64,000 bases of DNA. Source: an uncultured Candidatus Binatia bacterium. Its GTDB lineage: Bacteria; Desulfobacterota; Binatia; UBA9968; JAJDTQ01. Each line of letters begins with the position of its first letter. The stretch's first letter is position 1. This document shows positions 10,466-26,450 of the stretch, in pieces. The notes beneath the pieces are model-generated. The model worked only from the letters and a program-made list of their open reading frames with translations. It was not told where the DNA came from and ran no database searches. The position numbers and the translations under genes are program-made. Location: NCBI GenBank assembly GCA_965213675.1, contig OZ243916.1, forward strand, positions 2,816,001-2,880,000, in the 5' to 3' direction.

Positions 10466-10702
10466 ATGGCGAAGTATCTTGAATGCAGCCAGTGTGGCAA
10501 GCTGGCCTTCTACTACGACGGCTACGTCGGTACCGAGAAGCCCTTCTACCTCAAGAATATGATCTATCCGGACGGCACGCAGCCGGAAACACCCCGTTGC
10601 CTCATCTGCAACGACGTGCCGCGCCTGCTCTTCGACTTCATCAAGGAAGACAAGAACCCCCTCCCCACGCGCAAGTCCGCAGAAGAAGCCGCGTCCGAGT
10701 GA
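10466..10702 (+). CDS. Small zinc-ribbon protein (CxxC...CxxC)
   Basis: CSQC and CLIC motifs; host-like codon usage; co-directional with the dioxygenase. Confidence 0.65.
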   Translation: MAKYLECSQCGKLAFYYDGYVGTEKPFYLKNMIYPDGTQPETPRCLICNDVPRLLFDFIKEDKNPLPTRKSAEEAASE

Positions 10703-10732
10703 TGCATCCCGACCCCGTGCCGACCCGCCTTC

Positions 10733-11224
10733 CTACTGCGCGCAATTCACCAGCGTGATCCGGCCGGTGGCTTGGGAGTAGGTGGCGACGCCCGTGCTGG
10801 TCCGGCAACCGCCGTCGACGGTGGCTGTGACGACGAACGTGCTGTCGTTGGCCGTGGTGACGGCGGGGGTAATGTTGGCGCTCTCGGTGTAGCCGAAAGG
10901 GCCGAGGTCGGCGGGGTCATCGGCGTAGGTGTCGTTCTCGAGGTAGTACGCCTCCTGGGCCAGAGCCATGTTGCGGGCATTGGCCTGGGCGTCCGCGTCG
11001 AAGCCCTTGCGCCGGTAAGCCCCGAACTGCGGGATGGCCACCGCGGCCAGAATGCCGATGATGGCGATGACCACCAGCAGCTCGATGAGGGTGAAGCCCG
11101 CGATCCGCGTGGGGACTCGCTTTCCCGACTCCGCCGCCCGCGCCGCGCTCGAGCCGCCATGCCTGCCGGCCACGATGGGGGCGCCCCTCATGACTCCTTT
11201 CGCCGCATCACCGAACATTTTCAT
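10733..11224 (-). CDS. pilA: Type IV pilin (start uncertain)
   Basis: Prepilin cleavage motif G-FTLIELLVVIAIIGILAAVAIPQF; C-terminal Cys pair. Confidence 0.9.
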   Translation of the reverse strand: MKMFGDAAKGVMRGAPIVAGRHGGSSAARAAESGKRVPTRIAGFTLIELLVVIAIIGILAAVAIPQFGAYRRKGFDADAQANARNMALAQEAYYLENDTYADDPADLGPFGYTESANITPAVTTANDSTFVVTATVDGGCRTSTGVATYSQATGRITLVNCAQ

Positions 11225-11239
11225 CCGTGACCCCCTTTC

Positions 11240-12460
11240 TCACTGCACCATGCCGCCCATCTGAAAGATGGGCAGATACATGGAGATGACAATGCCTCCG
11301 AGAACGACGCCGAGAAAGATCATCAGCGCCGGTTCCATGAGCGTGGTGAGCCGCGTCACCGCGCGGTCCACCTCTTCCTCGTAGAAGGACGCAACCCGGT
11401 CGAGCATGGTATCGAGGGCGCCGACACTCTCACCCACGGCCACCATGTGGCAGAGCATCGCGGGAAAGAGGCCGCTGGCCGACAGCAGTTCGGCGAGGGT
11501 CCGGCCCTTCTCCAGCCCGTCGCGGGTCTCCAGGACGGCCCGTTCCAGGACCTTGTTGCCGGCGGTTCCGGCGGTGACGGCGAGGCTGTCCATCAGGGTG
11601 ACGCCGGAGCGGAGCAGGAGGCCGGTGTTGTGGCTGAAACGCGCGAGGGCCGCCTTGCGCCACAGGTCGCCGGCCAAGGGCAACCGCAACAGCCACCGGT
11701 GCACCGCGCACAGGCCCCGCTCGGTCCGGCAGGCCATGCGCAGTGCCAGCGGTACCGCGGCGACCCCGACGAACAGGACCGGGGCATAGTCGTATGCCGC
11801 CTGGCTCAGGGCGATGGTCAGTTCGGTCAGCGGCGGCAGCGCCCTTCCCATGCCCCGGTAGATTTCCGCGAACACGGGGATGACGTAGAGGAGCAGGATC
11901 GCCACCACCGCGGTGGCCACCATGACGATGGCGGCAGGATAGACCATGGCGGTGCGGACCTTGCGTTTGAGCCGTGCGGACCGCTCGATGAACAGGGCGA
12001 GGCGGGCAAGCACCTCGCCCAGGACGCCGCCTCGCTCGCCAGCGGCCACCATGCGCACGAACAGAGTGTCGAACAGACTCGGGTGCCGGGCCATGGCCGC
12101 GGTCAGGGTCATGCCGTTGGACACGTCGAGGCGCAGGGCCTGGAGCGCCTTGCGCACGACGCTGTTCCCGGTCTGATCGGCCAGCACCCCGAGGCATTCC
12201 ACCACGGGCACGCCGGCCTCGATCATCACCGCGAAGTTCCGCGTGAACATGACGATGTCGTCGGCGCCCACCCGGGGCGCGAGCCCGGGGATGGCGATCT
12301 CCCGGCGGAGCCCCTTGCCCTTCTCGCGGATCCCGTTGGGGAGAGGCTGGAGCCGGCGGCGGCGCAACTCGGCTGCCACTGCCGCGGGGTCCGCGGCCTC
12401 CATCTCGCCGCGAAGCAGACGGCCCTCGCGCGTTCTGCCCTTCCAACGATACAGCGCCAT
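11240..12460 (-). CDS. pilC: Type IV pilus inner-membrane platform protein (GspF/PilC)
   Basis: AGERGGVL, AMVYP, VGESVGALDTML, LMEPALMIFLG, MYLPIF. Confidence 0.92.
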   Translation of the reverse strand: MALYRWKGRTREGRLLRGEMEAADPAAVAAELRRRRLQPLPNGIREKGKGLRREIAIPGLAPRVGADDIVMFTRNFAVMIEAGVPVVECLGVLADQTGNSVVRKALQALRLDVSNGMTLTAAMARHPSLFDTLFVRMVAAGERGGVLGEVLARLALFIERSARLKRKVRTAMVYPAAIVMVATAVVAILLLYVIPVFAEIYRGMGRALPPLTELTIALSQAAYDYAPVLFVGVAAVPLALRMACRTERGLCAVHRWLLRLPLAGDLWRKAALARFSHNTGLLLRSGVTLMDSLAVTAGTAGNKVLERAVLETRDGLEKGRTLAELLSASGLFPAMLCHMVAVGESVGALDTMLDRVASFYEEEVDRAVTRLTTLMEPALMIFLGVVLGGIVISMYLPIFQMGGMVQ

Positions 12461-12464
12461 GGCG

Positions 12465-14174
12465 CTACCCGGCGGTGTCCGCGTCGGTCACCCGCAGCGC
12501 CTCCTCGACGGTGGTGACCCCCTGCCGCACCTTGCTCACCGCGGCCTGCCGCAAGGTGCGCATGCCCTGTTCCACCGCCGCGGCCTTGAGTTCCGCCGCG
12601 GCAGCGCCGCGCAGGATCATCGCCTGCAAGTCCTCGGTCAAGGTCATGACCTCGTAGACCGCCACGCGCCCGCGGTACCCCGTGTGGTGGCATTGGGGGC
12701 AGCCGGAGGCGCGGCCGTCCTCGACATCGCGCACCGCCGCCACCGGACCGCTGGCTGCGGACAGGCCGTCCGCCAGCGCCGCGCGCGGCCGGCACGCATC
12801 GCACACCCGCCGCAAAAGGCGCTGGGCCGCCACCAGGCATACGGCGGAGGCAATGAGATACGGCTCCACGCCCATGTCCATGAGCCGGTGCACGCTCGAA
12901 GGCGCGTCGTTGGTGTGCAGGGTGGTGAGAACCAGGTGACCGGTGAGCGCGGCGTTGACCGCGATGCGCGCAGTGTCGGCGTCGCGGACCTCCCCCACCA
13001 TCAGGATATCGGGATCCTGACGCAGGAAAGCCCGCAGGCAGGCGGCGAACGTCAACCCGATGTCGGCATGGGTCTGCACCTGGTTGATGCCCGCCAAGTG
13101 GTACTCCACCGGGTCTTCGGCGGTGGAGATGTTCACGCCCGGCTGGTTCAGCTCCGAGAGCATGCCGTAGAGGGTGGTGGACTTGCCGCTGCCGGTGGGT
13201 CCGGTGAGCAGAATCATGCCCGAGGGCTTGCTCATGGCCCGGGTGAAGAGGTCCCGGTCGCGCGCCTCGAGCCCCAGCCCGTCCAGGCTGGTCACCAGGT
13301 CGGACCGGTGCAGCAGGCGCAGCACCACCTTCTCGCCGAAGCGTGTCGGCAACACCGAAACGCGGACATCCACTTCGCCGCCGGTTCCATCGAGCCGCAG
13401 GCGTCCGTCCTGGGGCAGGCGGTGTTCGGCAATGTCGAGACCGGACATGACCTTGATGCGGGAAGTCAACGCGTGCTTCATCCCGTGGGGCGGGGTCATG
13501 ACCTCCTGGAGCACGCCGTCGATGCGGAAGCGCACGCGCACGCTGTCCTCGTAGGGCTCGACGTGGATGTCGCTGGCGCCGCGCGCCACCGCATCCTGCA
13601 TCAGCGAATCCACCAGCGCCACGACGGTGGTGTCCGAGCCGGGCTTCCGCGCCCGTGCCGGAGACGGCGGCGCCGCGGGGCCGGCGGCGGCCGGCAACTC
13701 ACGCGCGCGCCTCCCGACAAGCCCTGCCGCATCGCCGGCTGCGCCGTTCGACGCGCCGGAGCGCGCATCGAGAATACGCTCGATGGTCGAGGGGCGAACC
13801 AGGGCGGTGCTGACGTCCAGGCCGGTCCTGAAACGGATCTCGTCCACGGCCGCGCGGTCCGTGGGATCGCTCACCGCCACTTCCAGCACCGAGCCCTCTC
13901 GCGCGAACGGGAGCCATTGGCGCTTCCGCAGCAGAGGCAACGGCAGCAGGGCGAAGGCCTCTTCGTCCACATGGGACGGCGTGAGTCCCTTCTCCTCGAT
14001 GCCGAACCGTTCACCGACGAACGCCACGAAACGGCCCTCGTCCATCGCCCCCGCCCGCGCCAGGGCCGCCACCAGACCGCCGTCTTCGCGTCGCTGCCGC
14101 GCCCCCGCCCGATCAAAGGCCTCGCGGCTCACCAACCCCGCGCCCACCAGCAGTTCACCCAGAGAATGTTCCAT
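12465..14174 (-). CDS. pilB: Type IV pilus assembly ATPase (GspE/PilB)
   Basis: ASDIHVEP, LPQDGR, GPTGSGKSTT, EDPVE, LRQDPDILMVGEVRD, TGHLVLTTLH, CxxC motifs. Confidence 0.92.
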   Translation of the reverse strand: MEHSLGELLVGAGLVSREAFDRAGARQRREDGGLVAALARAGAMDEGRFVAFVGERFGIEEKGLTPSHVDEEAFALLPLPLLRKRQWLPFAREGSVLEVAVSDPTDRAAVDEIRFRTGLDVSTALVRPSTIERILDARSGASNGAAGDAAGLVGRRARELPAAAGPAAPPSPARARKPGSDTTVVALVDSLMQDAVARGASDIHVEPYEDSVRVRFRIDGVLQEVMTPPHGMKHALTSRIKVMSGLDIAEHRLPQDGRLRLDGTGGEVDVRVSVLPTRFGEKVVLRLLHRSDLVTSLDGLGLEARDRDLFTRAMSKPSGMILLTGPTGSGKSTTLYGMLSELNQPGVNISTAEDPVEYHLAGINQVQTHADIGLTFAACLRAFLRQDPDILMVGEVRDADTARIAVNAALTGHLVLTTLHTNDAPSSVHRLMDMGVEPYLIASAVCLVAAQRLLRRVCDACRPRAALADGLSAASGPVAAVRDVEDGRASGCPQCHHTGYRGRVAVYEVMTLTEDLQAMILRGAAAAELKAAAVEQGMRTLRQAAVSKVRQGVTTVEEALRVTDADTAG

Positions 14175-14546
14175 GAGGATCTCCTCCCCCGAACCCGTCG
14201 CCCCCCTGGATTCCCGCTTGCGCGGGAATGACGGTTCGGAGCGCCAGTGCCCATTTCGGTCTTGAGCGGCGCATGGACGCTGCCCGTTCCAACGAAATGG
14301 ACACGCCGGCATGATGGTTCGGCACGGTCATGCGCAAACGGTCATGCGCAATTCGTGTCTGCGTTCTACAAGATGAATCGACGGGCCGGCGCGAAACTAT
14401 AGGGGGAAATCCACAGGAACGAGAAAAACCCAGGCGTGGCGGAATCGTCGAAGTGCCGGCCGCATCGAGTTCCGTGCGGGGCGGCAATCCGTGCGCAGCG
14501 CCTCGCACCGCACAGGAAAGGACTCGGGCGCGGGGAGGGGTTACAA

Positions 14547-17284
<2,738 letters not shown>

Positions 17285-17285
<1 letters not shown>

Positions 17286-18604
17286 CAGCGGTCCCTCGTG
17301 CGCGGGTCGATGCGGCGGCGGATCTCGTCCACCAACCGGTCCACCGGAACACGCACCTGAGTCATGGCGTCGCGGTCGCGCAGCGTCACGGTCTGGTCCT
17401 TCATGGTGTCGTGGTCCACGGTGATGCCGAAGGGCGTGCCGATCTCGTCCTGACGGCGGTAGCGCCGCCCGATGGAGCCGGCCTGGTCATAGGTCACGGG
17501 GAAATGCTCCTTGAGGATGTCGCGGATCTCCTGGGCCCGCTCCGGCTGGCCAGCCTTGCGGAGCAACGGGTAGACGCCCGCCTTGAACGGAGCCAGACGG
17601 GGGTCCAGGCGCAGCACCACGCGGCGGTCGCCCTCCACCTCCTCTTCGTCGTAGGCGTCCACCAGAAACGCCAGCAGCGGCCGGTCCACGCCCGCGGAAG
17701 GCTCGATCACGTATGGAATGTAGCGGCTGCGGCTGGCCTCGTCGAAGTAGCTCATGTCCTTGCCGCTGTATTCCATGTGCTGCTTGAGGTCGAAGTCGCT
17801 GCGGTTGGCGATGCCCTCCAGCTCCGACCAGCCGAACGGAAACTCGTACTCCACGTCCACGCACGCCTTGGCGTAGTGCGCCAGCTCGTCGCTGCCGTGA
17901 GGGCGGATGCGCAGGTTTTCGGCGCGAATGCCGTTGTCCACGTACCACTGGAGGCGCGTCTCCTGCCATGACTGGAAGGCTTCCTCGTCCTCCCCCGGCT
18001 TCACGAAATACTCGATCTCCATCTGTTCGAACTCGCGGGTGCGGAAGATGAAGTTGCCGGGGGTAATCTCGTTGCGGAAGCTCTTGCCGATCTGGGCGAT
18101 GCCGAAGGGAAGCTTCTGGCGCGCGGTGTCGAGCACGTTCTGGAAGTTGACGAAGATGCCCTGGGCGGTCTCGGGGCGCAGGAACACGGTGCTGGCGGTG
18201 TCTTCCACCGGCCCCATGAAGGTCTTGAACATGAGGTTGAACTGCCGCGCCTCGGTGAGCGCCCCGCCGCAGTCCGGGCACCCGTCCCCGTTCACGTGGT
18301 CTTCCCGGAAACGGTGATGGCAGACCCTGCACTCCACCAGCGGGTCCGAGAAGCCGGCCACGTGGCCCGAGGCCTCCCACACGCGCGGGTGCATCAGGAT
18401 CGAGGCGTCCAGCCCCACCGTGTCGTTGCGCCCGGTCACCACCGCCTTCCACCACGCCTCCTTGACGTTGCGCTTGAGCTCCACGCCCACGGGCCCGTAG
18501 TCCCAAGTGCTGCCGATCCCTCCGTAAATCTCACTGGACGGAAAGATGAACCCTCTCCGCTTGCACAGATTGACGACCTTTTCCATCGTCGCGTGTTGGT
18601 TCAT
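17285..18604 (-). CDS. glyQS: Glycine-tRNA ligase (alpha2 type)
   Basis: [56 protein letters not shown]. Confidence 0.95.
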
Positions 18605-18650
18605 GGGTGACGTGATACTCCTGTCTACCGTCGAAACTGCGGCCGGCAAC

Positions 18651-19424
18651 TTAACGAAACGGGCCATCCAGAAAGGCCGCGGACTTGAGCTTCTTACTAA
18701 TCTGGTACTGGATAAACAAGGGCATCAGCCCCCGCGCCTCGCGCAAGGCCGGCTGGAGCGACACCGGCGTCTCGCCCCCCGTCCAACCGTGCCGCTGGAT
18801 GCGGACTAGCATGTCCAATGCCGCCGCCGACAGGGGCACCGCTTCCCTGCGATGGTCGCGGCAGTCGCCGCACAGGACGCCGCCGTCGGCCGGGCTGAAG
18901 CCCCAACGGACGTTCCACAGGCCGTTGTCGCGGCCGGGGCCGCCACCGCAGCGCTGGCACCGCTCCAGGATGGGCTGAAAGCCCGCCAGCCGCAGCAGCG
19001 TCAACTCGAAGGCGGTCAGGAACTCCGGCGAAGCCGCGTTTTCCTCCAGGAACCGGAGCCCGGAGCGCAGGTGCTCGAACAGCGACAGGCTGTCGTCACC
19101 GTCCCGCGTCAACTCGTCGGTGATCTCCACGAGGTAGGAAGCGTACGCGATCTTGCCGAGATCCCTGGCGATGGCCCGGAACACGCAGACCCATTCGCAG
19201 GCGTGGACGAATGCCAGCGGACTATGCGGGCGCTCCTGGCAGCGCAACTGCACCAGCGTGAAGGGCTCCAGGACGTTCAGAAACCGCTTGCGGGAGCGCC
19301 TGGCTCCCTTGGCGATGCCGCGGATCTTGCCGAAATCCCGCGTCAGGAAGGAGACGATCTTGTCGGATTCGCCGTAAGCCCAGGACCGCAAAACGATGGC
19401 CGGGCTCGACCGTATCGCCGGCAA
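18651..19424 (-). CDS. recO: DNA repair protein RecO
   Basis: [30 protein letters not shown], CxxC...GGVLCxxC; TTG start inferred. Confidence 0.9.
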   Translation of the reverse strand: MPAIRSSPAIVLRSWAYGESDKIVSFLTRDFGKIRGIAKGARRSRKRFLNVLEPFTLVQLRCQERPHSPLAFVHACEWVCVFRAIARDLGKIAYASYLVEITDELTRDGDDSLSLFEHLRSGLRFLEENAASPEFLTAFELTLLRLAGFQPILERCQRCGGGPGRDNGLWNVRWGFSPADGGVLCGDCRDHRREAVPLSAAALDMLVRIQRHGWTGGETPVSLQPALREARGLMPLFIQYQISKKLKSAAFLDGPFR

Positions 19425-19569
19425 CGCAACCCCCCGCGACGCCCCGGCCGTTCCTCCCCTCCAGGCGCGCCGCACAAACGTCAAACTCCTGTCACGTATA
19501 CACGAACCCAGCCAAAAAGTCGCGCGGAAACACCCACTTCCGCCCGTTCCGGCGTTTGATTCCGCCACC

Positions 19570-19598
19570 TTGACACGGACCTGATCGGTGATTACCTT
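19570..19598 (+). promoter_or_regulatory. Candidate sigma70 promoter for grpE-dnaK-dnaJ-lon
   Basis: TTGACA-17 bp-TACCTT about 140 bp upstream of grpE. Confidence 0.5.
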
Positions 19599-19635
19599 CT
19601 TTCGGCCGTTGTCCCGGCGGATGCCCTTCTTTACG

Positions 19636-19680
19636 TCATTCCCGCAAAAGCGGCTGTGCCAAGACTCCCGCGGGAATGAC
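19636..19680. repeat. Collapsed copy of the GTCATTCCCGC palindromic element in the grpE leader
   Basis: GTCATTCCCGCAAAAGCGGCTGTGCCAAGACTCCCGCGGGAATGAC. Confidence 0.7.
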
Positions 19681-19737
19681 GTGAGAGGGTAGGAGTGAAC
19701 GTGAGGGGGCGGGAGGGACCGTGAGAAGGGCGCGGAA

Positions 19738-20406
19738 ATGGCTGCCTCGGAAACCGAAAACATGGCGCAAGACAAAGAACCAGTGCGAGAAACGGCAGAC
19801 AACGCGGCGGCCGATGCCGAATTGCAGGACCCGGCGACCGAGCCCGAGCCCCAGGAAGCAGCGGCCGCCGACGCGGCGCCGGAGCCTTCCGAGGCGGAGC
19901 GCTTGACCGAGGAGCTGGCGGCGGCCAGGGAAGAGGCGCGGCGGCTGGAGGACCAGTTCCTGCGGCAGGCGGCGGAGACGGAGAACTACAAGAAGCGCGT
20001 GGCGCGGGAGAAGCAGGACGCCATCCGCTTCGCCAACGAGTCGCTGGTGCGGGATCTCCTGCCGGTCATCGACGACCTCGAACGGGCGATGGCGCACGGC
20101 CTGGGCGACGATAACGGACAGTCCCTGCTGGACGGCGTCATGCTCGTCCACCGGAGCTGCCTCGAAGCGCTCCAGAAGCACGACGTCACGCAGATCACGG
20201 CCAGGGGCGAACCCTTCGACCCGGAGAAACACGAGGCCTTCGCCCAGGTGGAGACCGCCGGACAGGAGGCCAACACGGTGGTGGACGAGGTCCACCGGGG
20301 CTACTACCTGGGCGACCGGCTGCTGCGGCCGTCCCTGGTAAGCGTCGCCAAAGCGCCCGCATCCGAGGCCGGAAACACGGTTGAAAACGACCCGGCCGAT
20401 GATTAG
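19738..20406 (+). CDS. grpE: Nucleotide exchange factor GrpE
   Basis: AETENYKKR, LLPVIDDLERA, FDPEKHEA, GYYLGDRLLRPSLVSV. Confidence 0.95.
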   Translation: MAASETENMAQDKEPVRETADNAAADAELQDPATEPEPQEAAAADAAPEPSEAERLTEELAAAREEARRLEDQFLRQAAETENYKKRVAREKQDAIRFANESLVRDLLPVIDDLERAMAHGLGDDNGQSLLDGVMLVHRSCLEALQKHDVTQITARGEPFDPEKHEAFAQVETAGQEANTVVDEVHRGYYLGDRLLRPSLVSVAKAPASEAGNTVENDPADD

Positions 20407-20447
20407 ATTCCACGGCGACAGACATCGTATGAGCAAGGAGACCTGAT

Positions 20448-22370
<1,923 letters not shown>

Positions 22371-22502
22371 GAGCCTGCGGCGCAGGCTCCCACGACCCGG
22401 CACTGCGGAAAACGTCACGGCGCGATTTCCCGGAGGGCGACCGCCGGTCCCCCCAACACGCAGCAACGCGGGCGGTCCGCACGCGCCCGGCGGGAATCGA
22501 TA

Positions 22503-23618
22503 TTGGACAAAAAGGACTACTATGAAATCCTCGGCCTGAGCCGCAACGCCGGCGAGGACGAAATCAAGAAGGCGTACCGCAAGCTCGCGCTGCAGTACCA
22601 TCCGGACCGGAACCCGGGCGACAAGGAGGCGGAGGAGAAGTTCAAGGAACTGTCCGAAGCCTACCAAGTCCTCTCCGATCCGGAGAACAGGTCCAAATAC
22701 GACCAGTTCGGCCACGCCGCGTTCGGCGACGCGGGTCCGTTCGCGGGCGGCTTCGACTTCACCGGCAGGTTCGAGGACATCTTCGGCGACATCTTCGGAG
22801 ACTTCTTCGGCGGGTCGCCGCGCGGCCGCACCCGAAGCCGGGCGCAGCGCGGCGACGACCTGCGCTACAACCTCGAAATCACCTTCGAACAGGCCGCCTT
22901 CGGCACCGAGAAGAAGATCAAGATCCCGCGTCACGGGCCATGCGACGCGTGCGCGGGCAGCGGCGCCGAGAAGGGTACGGCGCCACAGACCTGTCCCGGC
23001 TGCAAGGGTACGGGACAGATGGCCTTCCAGCAGGGTTTCTTCACGGTGTCGCGCACCTGCAGCCAGTGCGGCGGGCAGGGCCGGGTGATCGCCAACCCGT
23101 GCGCCTCGTGCGGCGGCGTGGGCCTCACCCGCAAGTTCCACACCATCAACGTCAAGATCCCGGCCGGTGTCGATTCGGGATCGCGTCTCAAGCTGCGCGC
23201 CGAGGGCGAGGGCGGCGTACGCGGCGGACCGCCGGGGGACCTGTACGTGGTCATCCTGGTGCAGGAGCATCCGATCTTCGCGCGCGACGGACAGGAAGTG
23301 ATCTGCGAGATGCCCATCAGCTTCGTCCACGCCGCCCTCGGCGCGGAGATCGAGGTGCCCACGCTGGAAGGCAAGGTCAAGATGAAGATCCCCGCCGGGA
23401 CCCAGTCCAACGCGGTGTTCCGCCTCAAGGGCAAGGGCATCAAGCACGTGCACGGGAGCCACCGCGGGGACGAGCACGTGCGCGTGATCGTGGAAACGCC
23501 CACGCGCCTGACCGGGCGCCAGAAGAAGCTCCTGCAGGAATTCTCCGAAGCAGGCGGCGACGACGGCCAGCCTATTGCAAAAGGGTTCTTCGAGAAGGTA
23601 AAGGAACTTTTCGACTAA
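22503..23618 (+). CDS. dnaJ: Chaperone DnaJ
   Basis: HPD motif, G/F-rich region, four CxxCxGxG repeats. Confidence 0.97.
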   Translation: MDKKDYYEILGLSRNAGEDEIKKAYRKLALQYHPDRNPGDKEAEEKFKELSEAYQVLSDPENRSKYDQFGHAAFGDAGPFAGGFDFTGRFEDIFGDIFGDFFGGSPRGRTRSRAQRGDDLRYNLEITFEQAAFGTEKKIKIPRHGPCDACAGSGAEKGTAPQTCPGCKGTGQMAFQQGFFTVSRTCSQCGGQGRVIANPCASCGGVGLTRKFHTINVKIPAGVDSGSRLKLRAEGEGGVRGGPPGDLYVVILVQEHPIFARDGQEVICEMPISFVHAALGAEIEVPTLEGKVKMKIPAGTQSNAVFRLKGKGIKHVHGSHRGDEHVRVIVETPTRLTGRQKKLLQEFSEAGGDDGQPIAKGFFEKVKELFD

Positions 23619-23627
23619 GGATCATTG

Positions 23628-26087
23628 ATGGAAGAATCCGACAGGGATACCGACGCGCTGGTCGACGACCGGCCCGTGAGCGAGATCCCGGACATCATAC
23701 CGCTCCTCCCCATCCGGGACATCGTCATCTATCCGTACATGATGATCCCCTTGTTCATCGGCAGGGAGATGTCCATCAACGCCGTGAACGAGGCACTGGA
23801 GCGCGACCGGCACATCTTCCTCGTGGTGCAGAAGGACGCCACCGAGGATGAGCCCGCGGCGGACGACCTCTACCGCGTGGGCACGGTGGCGACCATCCTG
23901 CGCATGCTCAAGCTCGACGACGGCCGGGTCAAGATCCTGGTGCAGGGGATGACCAAAGGCATCCTCCAGGAGTTCATGCGCCAGGAGCCCTACTTCGAGA
24001 CGCGCATCGAGAAGGTCATCGAGCCCCAGGTCATCGAGGTGTCCATCGAGGTCGAGGCGCTCATGCGCAACGTCAAGGAGAAGATCGAGCAGATCCTCAA
24101 CCTCAAGAGCCTGCCGCCGGAGATCGTCATGGTCACCGACAACGTCGTGGACCCCGGCATCCTGGCCGACCTGGTAGCCTCCAACCTGCGCCTCGAGATC
24201 GAGGAGAGCCAGGCCATCCTCGAAATCTACGAGCCGGTGGAGCGGCTGCGAAAGGTCAACGAGCTACTCACCCGGGAGCTCGAGCTGGCTACCATGCAGG
24301 CGCGCATCCAGAGCCAGGCCAAGGACGAGATGAGCAAGACCCAGCGGGAGTACTTCCTGCGGGAGCAGCTCCGGCAGATTCATCAGGAGCTTGGCGAGGG
24401 CGACGAGAAGACCGAGGAAATGAACGAGCTCAAGGCCCAGCTCGACAAGGCCGGCATGCCGCCGGACGTCAAGAAGGAGGCCGACAAGCAGCTCAAGCGG
24501 CTGGAGCAGATGCATCCGGAGTCGTCCGAGTCTTCCCTCGTGCGCACCTACCTGGACTGGATGGTGGAGCTTCCCTGGAGCGTCCGCACCGACGACAACC
24601 TCGATCTCGGGAAGGCCAAGCAGGTTCTGGACGAGGACCACTTCAATCTGGAGAAGATCAAGGAGCGGTTCCTCGAGTACCTCGCGGTGAACAAGCTGCG
24701 GAAGAAGATCCGCGGCCCGATCCTGTGCTTCGTCGGACCTCCGGGGGTGGGCAAAACCTCCCTGGGAAAGTCCATCGCGCGCGCCCTCGGGCGCAACTTC
24801 GTGCGCATCTCGCTGGGCGGGGTGCGCGACGAGGCGGAAATCCGCGGGCACCGCAGGACCTACGTGGGCGCCCTGCCCGGCCGCATCGTCCAGGGCATGA
24901 AGCAGGCCGGCTCCAACAACCCCGTGTTCATGCTCGACGAACTGGACAAGGTCGGCAACGATTTCCGGGGCGATCCGTCCGCGGCGCTGCTGGAGGTGCT
25001 CGACCCGGAACAGAACCACGCCTTCAGCGACCACTACCTGAACGTTCCCTTCGACCTCTCCAGCGTGCTCTTCATCTGCACCGCCAACCTGCTCGACACG
25101 GTGCCGCCGGCACTGCGGGACCGCATGGAGGTCATCAACCTCTCCGGATACACCAACGAGGAGAAACTGGAGATCGCGCAGCGCTTCCTGGTTCCGCGGC
25201 AGCGCCAGGAGTCCGGCATCTCCGCCGAGCTGCTGGACATCTCGCCGGACGCGGTGCTGCGCATCATCGAGCAGTACACGCGGGAGGCCGGGCTGCGGAA
25301 CCTGGAACGGGAGATCGCCGCCATCTGCCGCAAGGTCGCGCGCAAGGTGGCCGACGGCCGCAGCGTGCGCACGCGCATCACCCGGCGCAACCTGCACCAG
25401 TTCCTCGGTCCGCCCCGTTTCCTCACGGAGACCCAGGATCAGAACGAGATCGGCGTGGCCACGGGCCTGGCCTGGACCAGCGCCGGAGGCGAACTGCTGC
25501 ATGTGGAAGCGTCGCTCTCCAAGGGCCGCGGCAACCTGACCCTCACCGGCCAGTTGGGCGACGTGATGCGCGAATCGGCTCAGGCCGCGGTGAGCTATGC
25601 CCGGGCCCAGGCCAAGAACCTCGGACTGGAGGAGAACTTCTACCAGAAGCAGGACATCCACATTCATGTGCCGTCGGGCTCCATCCCCAAGGACGGCCCC
25701 TCCGCGGGCATCACCATGGGCACGGCCCTCATCTCCGCGCTGACCCGGCGGCCGGTGAGCCGCAACGTCGCCATGACCGGGGAAATCACGCTTCGGGGAC
25801 GGGTGCTGCCCGTGGGCGGCCTGAAGGAGAAGTGCCTGGCGGCTTTCCGCTCCGGCGTCCAGACCGTCGCCATCCCCTTTCAGAACCAGAAGGACCTGGA
25901 GGAGATTCCGCGCCCGCTGCGCAACAAGCTGAACTTCATCCTGGCGCGGGACATGAACGACGTGCTCGCGGTGGCCTTCGACGACAAGCTTCCGCCCACC
26001 GTGCCGCCTGCGGTCAAGCCCAGGAAGACCGCACAGCGCACGCCCCCCAAGGGCGGCAGCGGCAAGACGGTGCCGGCGAATGCCTGA
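23628..26087 (+). CDS. lon: ATP-dependent protease La
   Basis: [39 protein letters not shown]. Confidence 0.97.
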   Translation: MEESDRDTDALVDDRPVSEIPDIIPLLPIRDIVIYPYMMIPLFIGREMSINAVNEALERDRHIFLVVQKDATEDEPAADDLYRVGTVATILRMLKLDDGRVKILVQGMTKGILQEFMRQEPYFETRIEKVIEPQVIEVSIEVEALMRNVKEKIEQILNLKSLPPEIVMVTDNVVDPGILADLVASNLRLEIEESQAILEIYEPVERLRKVNELLTRELELATMQARIQSQAKDEMSKTQREYFLREQLRQIHQELGEGDEKTEEMNELKAQLDKAGMPPDVKKEADKQLKRLEQMHPESSESSLVRTYLDWMVELPWSVRTDDNLDLGKAKQVLDEDHFNLEKIKERFLEYLAVNKLRKKIRGPILCFVGPPGVGKTSLGKSIARALGRNFVRISLGGVRDEAEIRGHRRTYVGALPGRIVQGMKQAGSNNPVFMLDELDKVGNDFRGDPSAALLEVLDPEQNHAFSDHYLNVPFDLSSVLFICTANLLDTVPPALRDRMEVINLSGYTNEEKLEIAQRFLVPRQRQESGISAELLDISPDAVLRIIEQYTREAGLRNLEREIAAICRKVARKVADGRSVRTRITRRNLHQFLGPPRFLTETQDQNEIGVATGLAWTSAGGELLHVEASLSKGRGNLTLTGQLGDVMRESAQAAVSYARAQAKNLGLEENFYQKQDIHIHVPSGSIPKDGPSAGITMGTALISALTRRPVSRNVAMTGEITLRGRVLPVGGLKEKCLAAFRSGVQTVAIPFQNQKDLEEIPRPLRNKLNFILARDMNDVLAVAFDDKLPPTVPPAVKPRKTAQRTPPKGGSGKTVPANA

Positions 26088-26161
26088 GCGGGGTCGCACG
26101 CCAGGAGCTTGCGCCGCAGGAGTTCCCGAAACCCGCCCGCATTCCAACCACTTCAGACAAC

Positions 26162-26328
26162 CTAGGAGCCTGTCGGGTTTATCAAGAATCTGCTGCGAGG
26201 CAGGGAAATGGGTCCATTTCCGGTTGGATTTTCGTCCAATATTACCAATATTCTCCTCAAATCCGCCCGAAAATGGCCTCCATTTCTCTGCCTCTCGCTA
26301 CGATTCGATAAACCCGACAGGCTCCTAG
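26162..26328. mobile_element. MITE, about 167 bp, CTAG-flanked
   Basis: Perfect 22-bp terminal IR CTAGGAGCCTGTCGGGTTTATC / GATAAACCCGACAGGCTCCTAG; AT-rich internal palindrome; no coding capacity. Confidence 0.85.
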
Positions 26329-26450
26329 GGTATGTTGCCGACTTGTTGCGACCTGACTCACCGGTTTTGCGGGGTCCACGGAAACGCTTGCTGCCACGTC
26401 GTTTTGGAATCGATCCACCAGAGGCCGATCAGACGCAAAGCCACACGCCC

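Noticed and set aside
19425-19737. CIRCE/HrcA control of the dnaK operon
   Set aside because: No TTAGCACTC-N9-GAGTGCTAA motif seen and no hrcA in the window.
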